Assembly: GCF_963921235.1 (NCBI RefSeq)
Contig: NC_086097.1
Span: forward strand, 191,954,001-192,018,000
From: Mobula hypostoma
Lineage: Eukaryota
Reading direction: 5' to 3'
DNA length: 64,000 bases
Both the position numbers and the translations under genes were made by a program. The notes below the pieces were generated by a model that worked only from the letters and a program-made list of their open reading frames with translations, did not search any database and was not told the origin of the DNA. Below, piece by piece: positions 49,374 to 60,850 of the stretch. Each line of letters begins with the position of its first letter. Within the stretch, counting starts at the first letter, position 1.

Positions 49374-50953
49374 CAGTGCTTAGAGAAAATATTCACCGCT
49401 TGGAAATGTTCATGTTTTATTGTTTTACAACATTGAATCACAATGGATTTAATTTGGCTTTTTGACTGATCAACAAAAAGACTCTTTCATGTCAAAGTGA
49501 AAACAGATCTCTACAACATGATCTAAATTAATTACAAATATAAAACACAAAATAATTGATTGCATAAGTATTCACCCCCTTTGTTATGACACACCATAGC
49601 ATCACTGGTGCAGCCAATTGGTCTTAGAAGTCACATAATTAGTTAAATGGAGATCTGTGTACTGTCAAGGTGTTTCAATAGATTGTAGTAAAAATACACC
49701 TGTATCTGGAAGGTCCAACTGCTAGTGAGTCAGTATCCTGGAAAAAATTACACCATGGATACAAAAAACACTCCAAGCATCTCTGCAAAAAGGTTATTGA
49801 AAAGCACAAGTCAAGAGATCAATACAAGAAAATTTCCAAGTCACTGAATATCCCCTGGAGTACAGTTAAGTCAATCATCAAGAAATACCAAGAATATGGC
49901 ACAGCTGTAAATCTGGCTAGAGCAGGCCGTCCTCAAAAACTGAGTGATTGTCAAGAAGGGGACTAGTGAGGGAGGACATGAAGTGACCTATGACAACTCT
50001 GGAGGACTTACAAGCTCAGAGGCTGAGATGGAAGAGACTGTGCATACAAATGTTGTCCGGGTGCTTCACCAGTCGCAGCCTTATAGGAGAGTAGCAAAGA
50101 GAAAGCCACTGTTGAAAAAAAGTCACATGAAATCTCAGACAGAGTTTGCCAGAAGGCATGTAGGAGACTTTGAAGTCAGCTGGAAGAAGGTTCTATGGTC
50201 TGATGAAACCAAAATTGAGCATAAGCCAAACACCATACATCATCAAAAATACACCATCCCTGCCGTGAAGCATAGTGGTGGCTGCACCATTCTGTGGGGA
50301 ATCTTCACTGCAGCAGGTCCTAGAAGGCTTGTGAAGGTAGAGAGTAAAATGAATGCAGTAGAATTCAGGGAAATACTGGTGGAAATCCTGATGCAGTCTG
50401 CAAGAGAGCTGCGACTTGGGAAAAGATTTGTTTTCCAGCAAGACAATGACCCCAAGCATAAAGCCAAAGCTAAACAGGAATGGCTTAAAAACACCAAAGT
50501 TAATGTCCTGGAGTGGCCAAGTCAGAGTCCAGACCTCAATCCAATTGAGAATTCGTGGCTGGACTTGAAAAGGGCTGTTCACTCATAATCCTTGTGCAAT
50601 CTAACAGAGCTTGAAAAGTTTTGTTAAGAAGAATGGGGAAAAATTGCAGTGTCCAGATGTGCAAAGCTGATAGAGACCTATCTACATAGGCTCAAGGCTG
50701 TAATTTCTGCCAAAGGTGCATTTACTAAATACTGACTTAAGGTGGGTGAGTAATTATGCAATCAATTATTTTGTGTTTAATAATTGTAAAAAATTTAGAT
50801 CAATTTGTCGAGATCTGTTTTCACTTTGATGCAAAAGAGGCTTTTCTATTGATTAGTGTCAAAAAAGCCTAATTAAATCCATTGGGATTCACTGCTGTAA
50901 AATAATAAAACATGAAAACTTCCAAAGAGAGTGAGTACTTCTTAATATGCATT
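49374..50953 (+). mobile_element. Near full-length Tc1 transposon (IR/DR type, DD34E transposase, disrupted)
   Basis: TA-CAGTG start; inverted repeats of about 210 bp (49374-49582, 50740-50953); GRP motif, WSDETK, QQDNDPKH, SPDLNPIEN with 34 residues between the second D and the E; frameshifts and stops. Confidence 0.93.
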
Positions 50954-51332
50954 TAACATTAACTAATGGAACAGAGTAACCCAGGGTTTTGACATTGAGA
51001 TTGGAATCATATGTCTGTTGAATTCATTTGTTCCTGCAGCATCTTCTCTGATTGCTTATTGAATATGGACCAGAAAGCATGTAGGAATAAAAGTCATATG
51101 CAAACCATTAAGTAGCTTTACTTCACAAGTAAGATTTACAGGAAGCAGATATATGATCAGATAAAATAATTTTTTTCACATTAAACTTTCACAGCATTAT
51201 CAAGCACTTAATGCACTGCAAATGATTTGTTGGCTCAGCCTGGCATGCTTTTTATTGATCTCATTAAAAATGTATTGTAACAGTCTCAGTAAGTCATAAA
51301 ATGGCTGACAGGAGATTTTGATAACACTGAGT

Positions 51333-52162
51333 CATGTCGTCTGCAGAAATTCTCTGATAACTCTGCAATAGTTGGGTGTATAAAGAGAGGATGGGAGGCT
51401 GAATACAGGGCCCTGGTGGAGGACGTTGTCAATTGGTGCAAGCTGAATCATCTGCAGCTGGACATCAGCAAGTTGAAGGAGATAATGATGGACTTCATTG
51501 CTCCCTGTTACCATTGATGTTGAGGAAGTGGATGTGATGAGGACCTACAAGTTACCTGGGGGTGCTTGTGGATGACACACTTGAGTGGAGCACCAACACA
51601 GAGGCTTTATACAAGAACGACCAGAGTCACCTCTACTTCCTGAGGGGCTGACATCCTTTGGAGTATGCAGGCCACTCCTTCATATGTTCTACCAGTCTGT
51701 TGTCACCAGTACAATCTTCTACGCAGTGGTGTGCTGGGGCAATCGCATCAACATGTATGATGCCAAGAGGCTCAATATACCAATTAGAAATGCTGGCTTT
51801 GTTATAGGAGTCAAACTGGACACACTGGAGGCTGTGTATGGAAAATCTTGGAAATTCTGGACAATGTTTCTCACACTCTCCATGCCACCTTGTCTGAACA
51901 GAGGAGCAATTTTAGTAATAGACTAAGACAACTGTGCTGATCCAAAGAGCGCTACATGAGGTCATTCTTACCCTCGACCATTAGGCTTTATAATGAGTCA
52001 ACCTATAGCTGGGGAAGTGATGACCCCCTCCTGTTGGACTGATTGAGGCAACATTTTTTATTCTTTCTTACTTCCCTTCTAATATTTGTATATCTGTGCA
52101 CTTGTAATGCTACTGTGACACTGTAATTTGCTTTGGAATCAATAAAGTATCTATCTATCTAT
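51333..52162 (+). mobile_element. Rex1/Babar LINE 3' portion with (TATC)n tail
   Basis: SFGVCRPLLHMFYQSVVTSTIFYAVVCWG; AATAAAGTATCTATCTATCTAT. Confidence 0.88.
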
Positions 52163-53054
52163 GGAAATGTAAGGGCCCATTAATGGGATGATAGTTTCAG
52201 TGTTTCTGCATTCTCTGTGATTTGTGTCTCTGAAGGTTTGGTTGAGCCGCTGTAGCGTTGTTGAATCTCTGGAATGCAGATTCTATACAAATCAACAGAA
52301 TCTGCTAGCTTCAACAAATAAATATTTATACAAAATATTTCACAACTGTGTCCTTTGATTCTTTGGTACATATTCAAACGAGAAATTTGGAAATGCTTTA
52401 ATGTCTGAAAGTCATCTGATAAAGTCAGCACACATATTGTTCATTATTTTGCTTTTACTGCTTGCAAACCAAAAAAAAATGACCTTTGTCCAGTCGATTG
52501 GTTCCAGCTCCAAAGAACTGAACATTCCTACTCAAAGTCAATAAAAGATTTTCTATTCTGGTAGATGCTTCCATTGACTCAAAATCTGATACTGCATTTA
52601 GAAAGCACAAATGAAATACGTTGCAGGGCAGTCATTAGAATGTGAAGCTGGATGCTTCTTTCAAAGTAAAGCAACAGCTACCAAAAGAGCCAGAAGCATA
52701 GCAAATGGGATAGGAAGTGAAAGTATGGACACAGTTCTATTAATCTGAATAATCACAGTTCACTGTGTAGGAAGAAAGTGGTGTGGACTATTGAAGGCTA
52801 GACACTTCCACTACAGCACTCACGATGGTTTCATTTGTTATTATGGTCTGAATCACATATCAAAAGACTGAAAGGTCTTGGGAAGATCAATGATGAATGA
52901 ATCGTCTATGTTGAACTTCCCATGGAGACTGACTTTTAAATTGAACCCCATAGAAATTTTTTTTTGTGAATACTTGTGTGTTGGCATGGACAACACAAAT
53001 ATAGGATGTTTGGAATACTCAGTAGGACAAGCATTATTTGAAGAGTGTGAAACT

Positions 53055-55220
53055 CTCTTGCGGGGTAGGAACCGAACAGAAGAGACGGAGGAAGGGGCGG
53101 TTGGCTCACAAATGGAGAAAGTTTGTAGACAGTGCGAGAGAGAGGATAGGCAGGTGATAGAGAAGGGAGACGCTCAGACCAATGGTTTGAGATGTGTCTA
53201 TTGTAATGCAAGGAGTATTATGAACAAAGCGGATGAGCTTAGAGCGTGGATCTGTTCTTGGAGCTATGATGTTGTGGCCATTACAGAAACTTGGATGGCT
53301 TAGGGGCAGGAATGGTTACTTTGAGTGAAAGGTTTTAGATATTTCAGAAAGGACAGGGAGGCGGCAAAAGGGATGGCACTGTTGATCAGAGATAGTGTCA
53401 CAGCTGCAAAAAAGGAGGAAGTCATGGAGGGATTGTCTATGGAGTCTCGGTGGGTGGAAGTTAAAAATAGGAAGAGGTCAATAACTCTACTGCGTGTTTA
53501 TTATAGACCACCCAATAGTAACAGGGACATCGAGGAGCAGATAGGGAGACAGATTCTGGAAAGGTGGAATAATAACAGGCTTGTCGTGGTGGGAGATTTT
53601 TAATTCCCAGATATTGATTGGCATCTCCCTAGAGTAAGGGGTTTAGATGGGGCGTAAATTGTTAGGTGTGTTCAGGAAGGTTTCTTGACACAATATGTAG
53701 ATAAGCCTACAAGAGGAGAGGCTGTATTTGATCTGATATTGGGAAATGAACCTGGTCAGGTGTCAGATCTCTCAGTGGGAGAGCATTTTGGAGATAGTGA
53801 TCACAATTCTATCTTCTTTACCACAGCATTGGAGAGAGATAGGAACAGACAAGTTAGGAAAGCATTTAATTGGAGTAAGGGGAAATATGAGGCTATCAGG
53901 CAGGAACCTGGGAGCATAATTTGGGAACAGATGTTCTCAGGGAAATGTACTGAAGAAATGTGGCAAATGTTCAGGGGATATTTGCATGGTGTTCTGCAAA
54001 GGTATGCTCCAGTGAGACAGGGAAAGGATAGTAGAGTACAGGAACTGTGGTGTAAAAAGGCTGTTGTAAATCTAGTCAAGAAGAAAAGAAATGCTCACAA
54101 AAGGTTCAAAACAGAAAACAGGTAATGATAGAGATCTAGAGATTATAAGGCTAGCAGGAAGGAGCTTAAGAATGAAATTAGGAGAGCCAGAAGGGGTCAT
54201 GAGAAGGCCTTAGTGGAGAGGATTAAGGAAAACACAAGGCATTCTACAAGCATGTGAACAGCAAGAGGATAAGATGTGAGAGAATAGGACCAATCAAATG
54301 TGACAGTGGAAAAGTGTGTATGGAACTGGAGGAGATAGCAGAGGTACTTAATGAGTACTTTGCTTCAGTATTCACTACGGAAAAGGAGCTTGGCGATTGT
54401 AGGGATGACTTACAGTGGACTGAAAAGCTTGAGCATGTAGATATTAAGAAAGAGGATGTGCTGGAGCTTTTGGAAAGCATCAAGTTGTATACGTCACCGG
54501 GACCGGATGAGATGTACCCCAGGCTACTGTGGGAAGCGAGGGCTGAAATTGCTGAGTCTCTGGTGATGATTTTTGCACCATCAATGGGGACGGGAGAGGT
54601 TCCGGAGGATTGGAAGGCTGCAGATGTTGTTCCCTTATTCAAGAAAGGGAGTAGAGATAGCCCATGAAATTATAGACCAGTGAGTCTTACTTCAGTGGTT
54701 GGTAAGTTGAGAGGCAGGATTTATGAACATTTGGAGAGGCATAATATGGTTAAGAATAGTCAGCATGGCTTTGTCAAAGGCAGATCGTGCCTTACATTTT
54801 CTCACTACAGTAAGAATGTGGAAACCTCAGAAAGGGTGCAGAGGAGATTTACAAGGATGTTGCCTGGATTGGCGAGCATGACTTTTGAGAATAGGTTGTG
54901 TGAACTCAGCCTTTTCTCCTTGGAGTGACAGAGGATGAGGGGTGACCTGATAGAGGTGTATAGGATGATGAGGGGCATTGATTGTGTGTATAGTCAAAGG
55001 CTTTTTCCCAGGGCTGAAATGGCTAGCACGAGAGGGCACAGTTTTAAGGTGCTTGGAAATAGTTACAGAGGAGATGTCAGGGGCAAGTTTTTTTATGCAG
55101 AGAGTGATGAGTGTGTGGAATGGGTTGCCAGTGATGATGGTGGAGGCAGATATGATAGGGTCTTTTAAGAGACTCCTGGATAGGTACATGGAGCTTAGAA
55201 AAATCAAGGGCTATGGGTTC
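53055..55220 (+). mobile_element. CR1 LINE (APE and partial RT, large internal deletion near 54797)
   Basis: CNARSI, ITETW, YYRPPNS, VVGDF, DSDHN, QHGFVKGRSCLT, then a jump to ERVQRRFTRM. Confidence 0.92.
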
Positions 55221-56598
55221 GAGGGCTGTGGACTTCTTACTATTCAGGACACTTACAGAGAAACATGTAAAAAGGGTGCAAAGGATCATTGGGAACCCGA
55301 GTCACCCCAACCACAAACTGTTCCAGCTGCTACCATCCTCAAAACAGTACCACAGCATTTAAACTAAGACCTATAGGCTCCTGGACAGCTTCTTCCACCA
55401 GTCTATCAATAGGTTACATTTAATGTCAGAGGAATATATACACTATACATCTTGCAACACTTTTTTTTCTCCAACATCCACAGAAAAAGAGGGGTGCCCC
55501 AAATAATGGATGACAGTTAAATATTAGAACCCCAGCACCTCCCCAGCTCCCCTCTCTCACACACAAGCAGCAGCAAAGCAGCGCCCCCCTCCAGCAGCAG
55601 AAAATGCATCAGCACTCTCCACCAGGCACACAAGCGAGCAGCAAAGCATCAGTAAAGACATAGACTTGCAGTACCCAAAGACTACTCGTTCACCCGGTAA
55701 TTCGACATATCGCAGGCTCTCTCTCTCTCTCTCTCTTTTTAATAAGGGAAAAAGATGTGTCCCCATTTCACAGTGAGAGGGGAGACATAACAAACAGCTT
55801 GCTGATTTATAATACTAAAAGTCTATTGCGTAGCTTTTTCTGAGCTCTGTGCTCAAAGATCTCGGGTCTCTGGGCAAACAGCCAGAGATCTTCCGTCTCC
55901 AATGACACACCGATCTCCTGCAGAGGCACTGACCTCCGATCCCGCTGTCTCCAGAGCCACAAAATCTCAGTCCTCCAAAGGTGAGTAAAGCTCTTAGGCC
56001 AAGGTCTTGGCGTGCCGAATAATAGCCAGTCATGAAACACCGAGAACAGGTCCCATCCTGGGGTTGGCCCCAGAAAGGCTCAGGTCTCGGGATACACAAC
56101 CTACAACAGCTAACCTGCTGCTCCTGATGTTCCATGTTCTCCCACAATTCCTCAGTCAGAGGCACCGGCCTAGAATCAGCCCATCTCCAGAGCCACAAAA
56201 ATCTAGCATCCTGAAGGCACACTTGTCTTTAAGACTGTGTCCTTGGGATATCAAAAAGCAGCTGGTCTTGAGGCCCTGAGAGCAGGTGCTATTCCCGCAA
56301 AGAACCGAGTGTAACTGCACGTCAGGGTCTTCAAAAGAACCTTGAAAAGGGATATCAAAGATAGAAATAAAGCTGCTTCTGAAGATGCAAGCAAAGGAGT
56401 CGCTGTTTAGTGCCATCAGACTGATTGATTCACGCTGATACAATTGTATTTCTATGCTATATTGACTGTCCTGTTGTACGTACTATTTATTACAAATCAT
56501 TATAAATTGCATATTGCACATTCAGACTGGATATAATGTAAAGATTTTTACTCCTCATGTAGGTGAAGAATGTAAGAAATAAACTCAATTTAATTCAA
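55221..56598 (+). mobile_element. Rex/L2 3' end split by a 1-kb antisense insert
   Basis: SHPNHKLFQLLPS...DSFFHQ before 55410; resumes at 56419 and ends AATAAACTCAATTTAATTCAA. Confidence 0.7.
55410..56418 (-). mobile_element. About 1-kb non-coding retroposed element with a Rex/L2-type tail
   Basis: 5' end GATGGCACTAAACAGCG; 3' end CTGACATTAAATGTAACCTATT; a partial second copy lies at 8330-8665. Confidence 0.7.
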
Positions 56599-56599
56599 T

Positions 56600-56915
56600 G
56601 TTGCCTCCCTAGTGTCAGGATCAGGGATGTCCTGGATCATGTCCATGGCATTCTCAAGGGTGAGGGTGAGCAGCCTGAAGTCTTGGTAACATATTGGCAC
56701 CTATGACAATGACAAGCTGGGGAGGTCCTGAAGAGAGATTTTAAGGAGCTAGGCGAAAAGCTGAGAAACAGGACCTCCAGAGTAGAATAGGATTATTTCA
56801 CAGGTGAATGGGTGGCTGAGGAACTGGTACAGGGGGTAGGGGTTCAAATTTATGGATTATTGGGATCTCTTCTGGGGAAGGTATGACCTCTACAAAAGAG
56901 ATGGGTTACACTGAT
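56600..56915 (+). mobile_element. CR1 ORF1 esterase fragment
   Basis: CLPSVRIRDV, HIGTYD, GFKFMDYWDLFWGRYDLYKRDGLH. Confidence 0.8.
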
Positions 56916-58466
56916 TGCAGTAGATCTGGTGTAAAAGAAGCAGAATTTCCTTCTTTAATAAGGTGGGCCTAGGCTATGGCAGTGTCAGTAAGTCAAGAAG
57001 ATCTTCTGCATTTAAGAGAAGGGTAGTGATACTCAGCCTAAGTAATCTAAACTTGGCGGAAAACAGATCCAATGAGACATAAAAGCAGGAATGGATCATT
57101 CATCCCATTGAGTCAGCTCCACCATTACATCATGACTGATTTATAATCCCTATTGTCCTGCCTTCTCCCCTATTCTCCTGCCTTCTCCCTGCAATCTTTG
57201 ACCTTCTTTCCATAATCTTTGAATCCCTGCCCAATCAAGAAACTTTTAACCTTCGCCTTAGGTATACACAATGTCTTGGCCTGCACAGCCACTTGCGGCA
57301 ATGAACTCCACAGGTCCACCACCTTCTGGCTAAAAATAAATGTTCATCATCCCTATTCTAAATGGATGTCCCTCTATTCTGAGGCTGTGCCCTCTGGTCT
57401 TAGACTCACCCTCTATAGGAAACATCCTCTGCACATCCACTCTATCTAGGCCTTTCAATGTTCACTAGGTTTCAATGAAAATCCCCCCTCTTTCTTCTAA
57501 ACTCCAGCAAGTACAGGACCAGAGCTATCACACATTCCTCATATGTTAACCTTTTCATTCTTGGGATCTTTCTTGTGAATCTCCTCTAGCACTCTCCAAT
57601 GCCAGCAGATCTTTTCTTAGATAAGGGACTCAAAACTGCTCATAATACTCCAAGTACAGTCTGATCATTGCTTTATAAAGCCTCAGCATTACATTCTGCA
57701 TTTCTATTCTAGTCCTCTCAAAATTAATGCTATCATTGCATTTGTCTTCTTTACCACAGGTTCAACTTACAAGTTATCCTTTAGGATATCCTGCTGAAGG
57801 ACTCCCAAGTCCCTTTGCATCTCTGCTTGTTGAATTTTCTTCTGATTCAGAAAATAGTCCACATCTTTATTCCTTCTATCAAAGTGCATGACCATGCACT
57901 TCCCTACACTATATTCCATCTTCACTTCTTTGCCCATTCTTTCAATCTGTCTAAGTCCTTCTGCAGACACCTTGCTTCCTCAACACTATCTGCTCCTCCA
58001 CCTGTCTTTGTATCATTTGCAAACTTGACCACAAAGCTATCAATTCCTTCATTCAAATCACTGACACATAGCATGAAAAGAAGTGGACCCAATACCGACC
58101 CCTGTGGCATGCCGCTAATTACCAGCAGCCAACCAAAAAAGACTCCCTGTATTCCCACTCTTTGCCACTTGCCAATCTTATATCCATGCTAGTATCTTTC
58201 CTGTAATACCATGGGCTGTTACCTTGTTAAGCAGCGTCATGTGAGGCACATTGTCAAAGGCCTTCTGAAAATACAAATAAACAACATGCACTGACTTTCC
58301 TTTGTCTACCCTGCCCGTTATTTCCTCAGAGAATCCCAACAGATTTGTCAGGCAAAGGTTCCCCTGAAGGAAATCATGCAGACTTTGGCCTCTTTTGTCA
58401 AACACCTCCAAGTAACCCGAAACCTCATCCTTAATAATCAACTACTACATATTTTCAAACATTGAA

Positions 58467-58536
58467 CGTCAACTGTACCTCTTCCTAGAGATGCTGCCTG
58501 GCCTGCTGCGTTCACCAGCAACTTTAATGTGTGTTG
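58467..58536 (+). mobile_element. 70-bp PLE pLTR insert with 13-bp TSD
   Basis: Flanked by TTCAAA(C/G)ATTGAA (58454-58466, 58537-58549). Confidence 0.75.
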
Positions 58537-58680
58537 TTCAAAGATTGAAGTCAGGCTAAATAGCCTATAATTACCTTTCTTCTGGTTCCCTCCCTTCTTA
58601 AAAAAAAGTGACATTTGCAATTTTCCAGTCCTCCAAAATCATTTCAGAGTCTAATAACTCTTTAAAGATCATTACTAATG

Positions 58681-58778
58681 CCACACTCTGGAGGAACTCA
58701 GCAGGTCGGGCAGCATCCGTGGAAACGATGAGTTGACGTTTCGGGCCGGAACCCTTCATCAGGACTCAATTACTAATT
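58681..58778 (-). mobile_element. About 98-bp PLE insert with 12-bp TSD
   Basis: Flanked by TCATTACTAATG (58669-58680, 58779-58790). Confidence 0.8.
58730..58767 (-). ncRNA. Minimal hammerhead ribozyme motif, intact core
   Basis: Minus strand GAGTC CTGATGA A GGG TTCCGG CCC GAAA CGTC AACTC. Confidence 0.75.
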
Positions 58779-60850
58779 TCATTACTAATGTTTCCGTCCT
58801 TTTTATACAGGTCATACATTCCCCAGAAGAGATCTCACTGATCCAGAAATCTGAAACCCTGCACCCTGCACCAATTCTTCAGCCACACATTCATATACCA
58901 AATCATCATTTTCTTGCCCTCAGTAGCACATAGCTCAGGCAGCAGTTCAGAAGTTATTACCCTGGAGGTCCTGCTATTCTCTCTTAAGGGACTCCTTCCT
59001 TTTTCTACCTATGTTGTTGGTACCAATATGTACCATGACTTCTGGCTCTTTACCCTCCCCTTCAGTTTGCTGTGGACCTGATTGGAGACATCCTTGACCC
59101 TCGTATTTGGGAGGCAACATACCATCTGTGTGTCTCTTTCATGTCCACAGAATCTACTGTCTACAACTCTGACTAGTGAATTTCCCATCATTACTGCACT
59201 CTTCTTTTCTCCCCTCCCCTTCTGAGCCGCAGAGACATTTTCAGTGCCAGAAGTTAGATCACTGCTGCTTCACCCTGGTTGTTGTCCACACCAACAGTAA
59301 CCAATGTGGTATACTTATTATTGAGGGAAAAGGATACAGGGGCACTCAGCAATGGCTGCTTATTCTCTTTACTTCTATTGACAGTCATCTAGGTACCTGC
59401 CTCTTGCAACTTAGGGATGACTACCTCCCTATAGCTCCTACCTATCACCTCCATGTGAGCCAAAGTTTGTCCAGCTACAGTTCCAGTTCCTTAACACAAT
59501 TTCTAAGGAGCTGCAGCCCACTGCATTTCATGCAGATGTAGCTGTCAGGGAGGCAGGATGTCTTCCAAATTCCCTGCAACTCATACAAGAAATATATCAC
59601 TAACTCTGGACTCATTCTCAGTGCACTGGGTTTGTACTAACAGAAAAAAAAACTTAAGAAACTTACTTAAAATCTTCACCTGTGTTTGCCCAAGCACGTG
59701 GAGCCAAAACCTGACCACCCTAACACAGTCCACTCACACTACAGCCACTCTGCTTACACCTCGCTTCTTTTTATTGGACCCTGCCTGGTGCCTAATAATT
59801 GTTTTGATTGGCTACATTGACTACTCCTGCCTCTATTTGTTATGTTCTTTTGTGCTAAGCCACCAAAAAGCACAGTATGTTTATATGCATTGCATAAAGT
59901 ATAATGAATAACAGATGAAATTCACTTTAATTTACACAGAATTGTCCATTTTTTTTGTTTGAGCTTAAGTTCATTCCTATTAGAATGTGGCAGCCTATCA
60001 GAAGCTAAGCATTTACTAAATTTATTTGTTAAATTAGTATCTCTCTGGTCAACAACTCTTCAGCAATTATTCATGGCAGATGGCCATTAATTCAGCTAGC
60101 TGCATGTTATTCTTGGAAGAGTAATAAACAATCTATGATATTTTCTCATTGTGCTATATGAGTCATCAGTCATCCATCTGTAATTTCTAAGGAAACAGTT
60201 TTAATTGGTGATGTTGATGTATTAATTGTTTGCAAACACAACAGAGCTGAAGAGCTTTGTATGAAAGCTTATATAGATTTTACTCTATCCATCCCATAAC
60301 TCACGCTTGAATTCCAAGCTATTTCCGTGCCTGCAGTAATATTTCTTCCTTCTCAGGTTCAATGCCTTGCTGCCTTGGTCTTTTGATGGGATAGAGTAGC
60401 CCACAAGAAGAAATTAAGCTTCAGGGGCCTGGTCCCAGACTTCGAAGTTGGCTGTTTTTCAAGTGATTGCCAGAGACATTTAGAAACAGTTGAAAAGAAT
60501 TTAAATTATAAACGAAAACAAAGTAAAAAAATCTAACTTACAAAAATGATAAATTAAATAAGATATAAATTAGTTAAATTATTAACATTAATTGAATTAT
60601 TAATGAAAACATTTACTTTCTTATTCTACCAGAAAAAAAATACTCAATTCAAAAGCACATTTTTGTATTTAGTGTATTCCACGGTTCAGATGAGGGGCTT
60701 TGCTTCAGAACCATTAACTCCATTTTCCTCTCTGATTCTAACTGATTTGCTGAACATCTCCAAAATGCTAGAAACATAGAAAAACCTAGAGCACAATACA
60801 GGCCCTTCAGCCCACAATGCTGTACCGAACATCTACTTACTTTAGAAATT

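Larger units (their letters stand above)
57075..59800 (-). mobile_element. Old CR1 spanning 5' region and ORF1 to 3' UTR, with internal deletion and two PLE mini-inserts
   Basis: GNSLVRVVDSRFCG (ORF1), FQKAFDNVPH, SGMPQGSVLGP, KFAND; 3' UTR at 57075-57200. Confidence 0.85.

Noticed and set aside
3661..58790. CRISPR-like array formed by the recurring repeat
   Set aside because: Copies are dispersed, in both orientations, without regular spacers or cas genes, in a eukaryotic context
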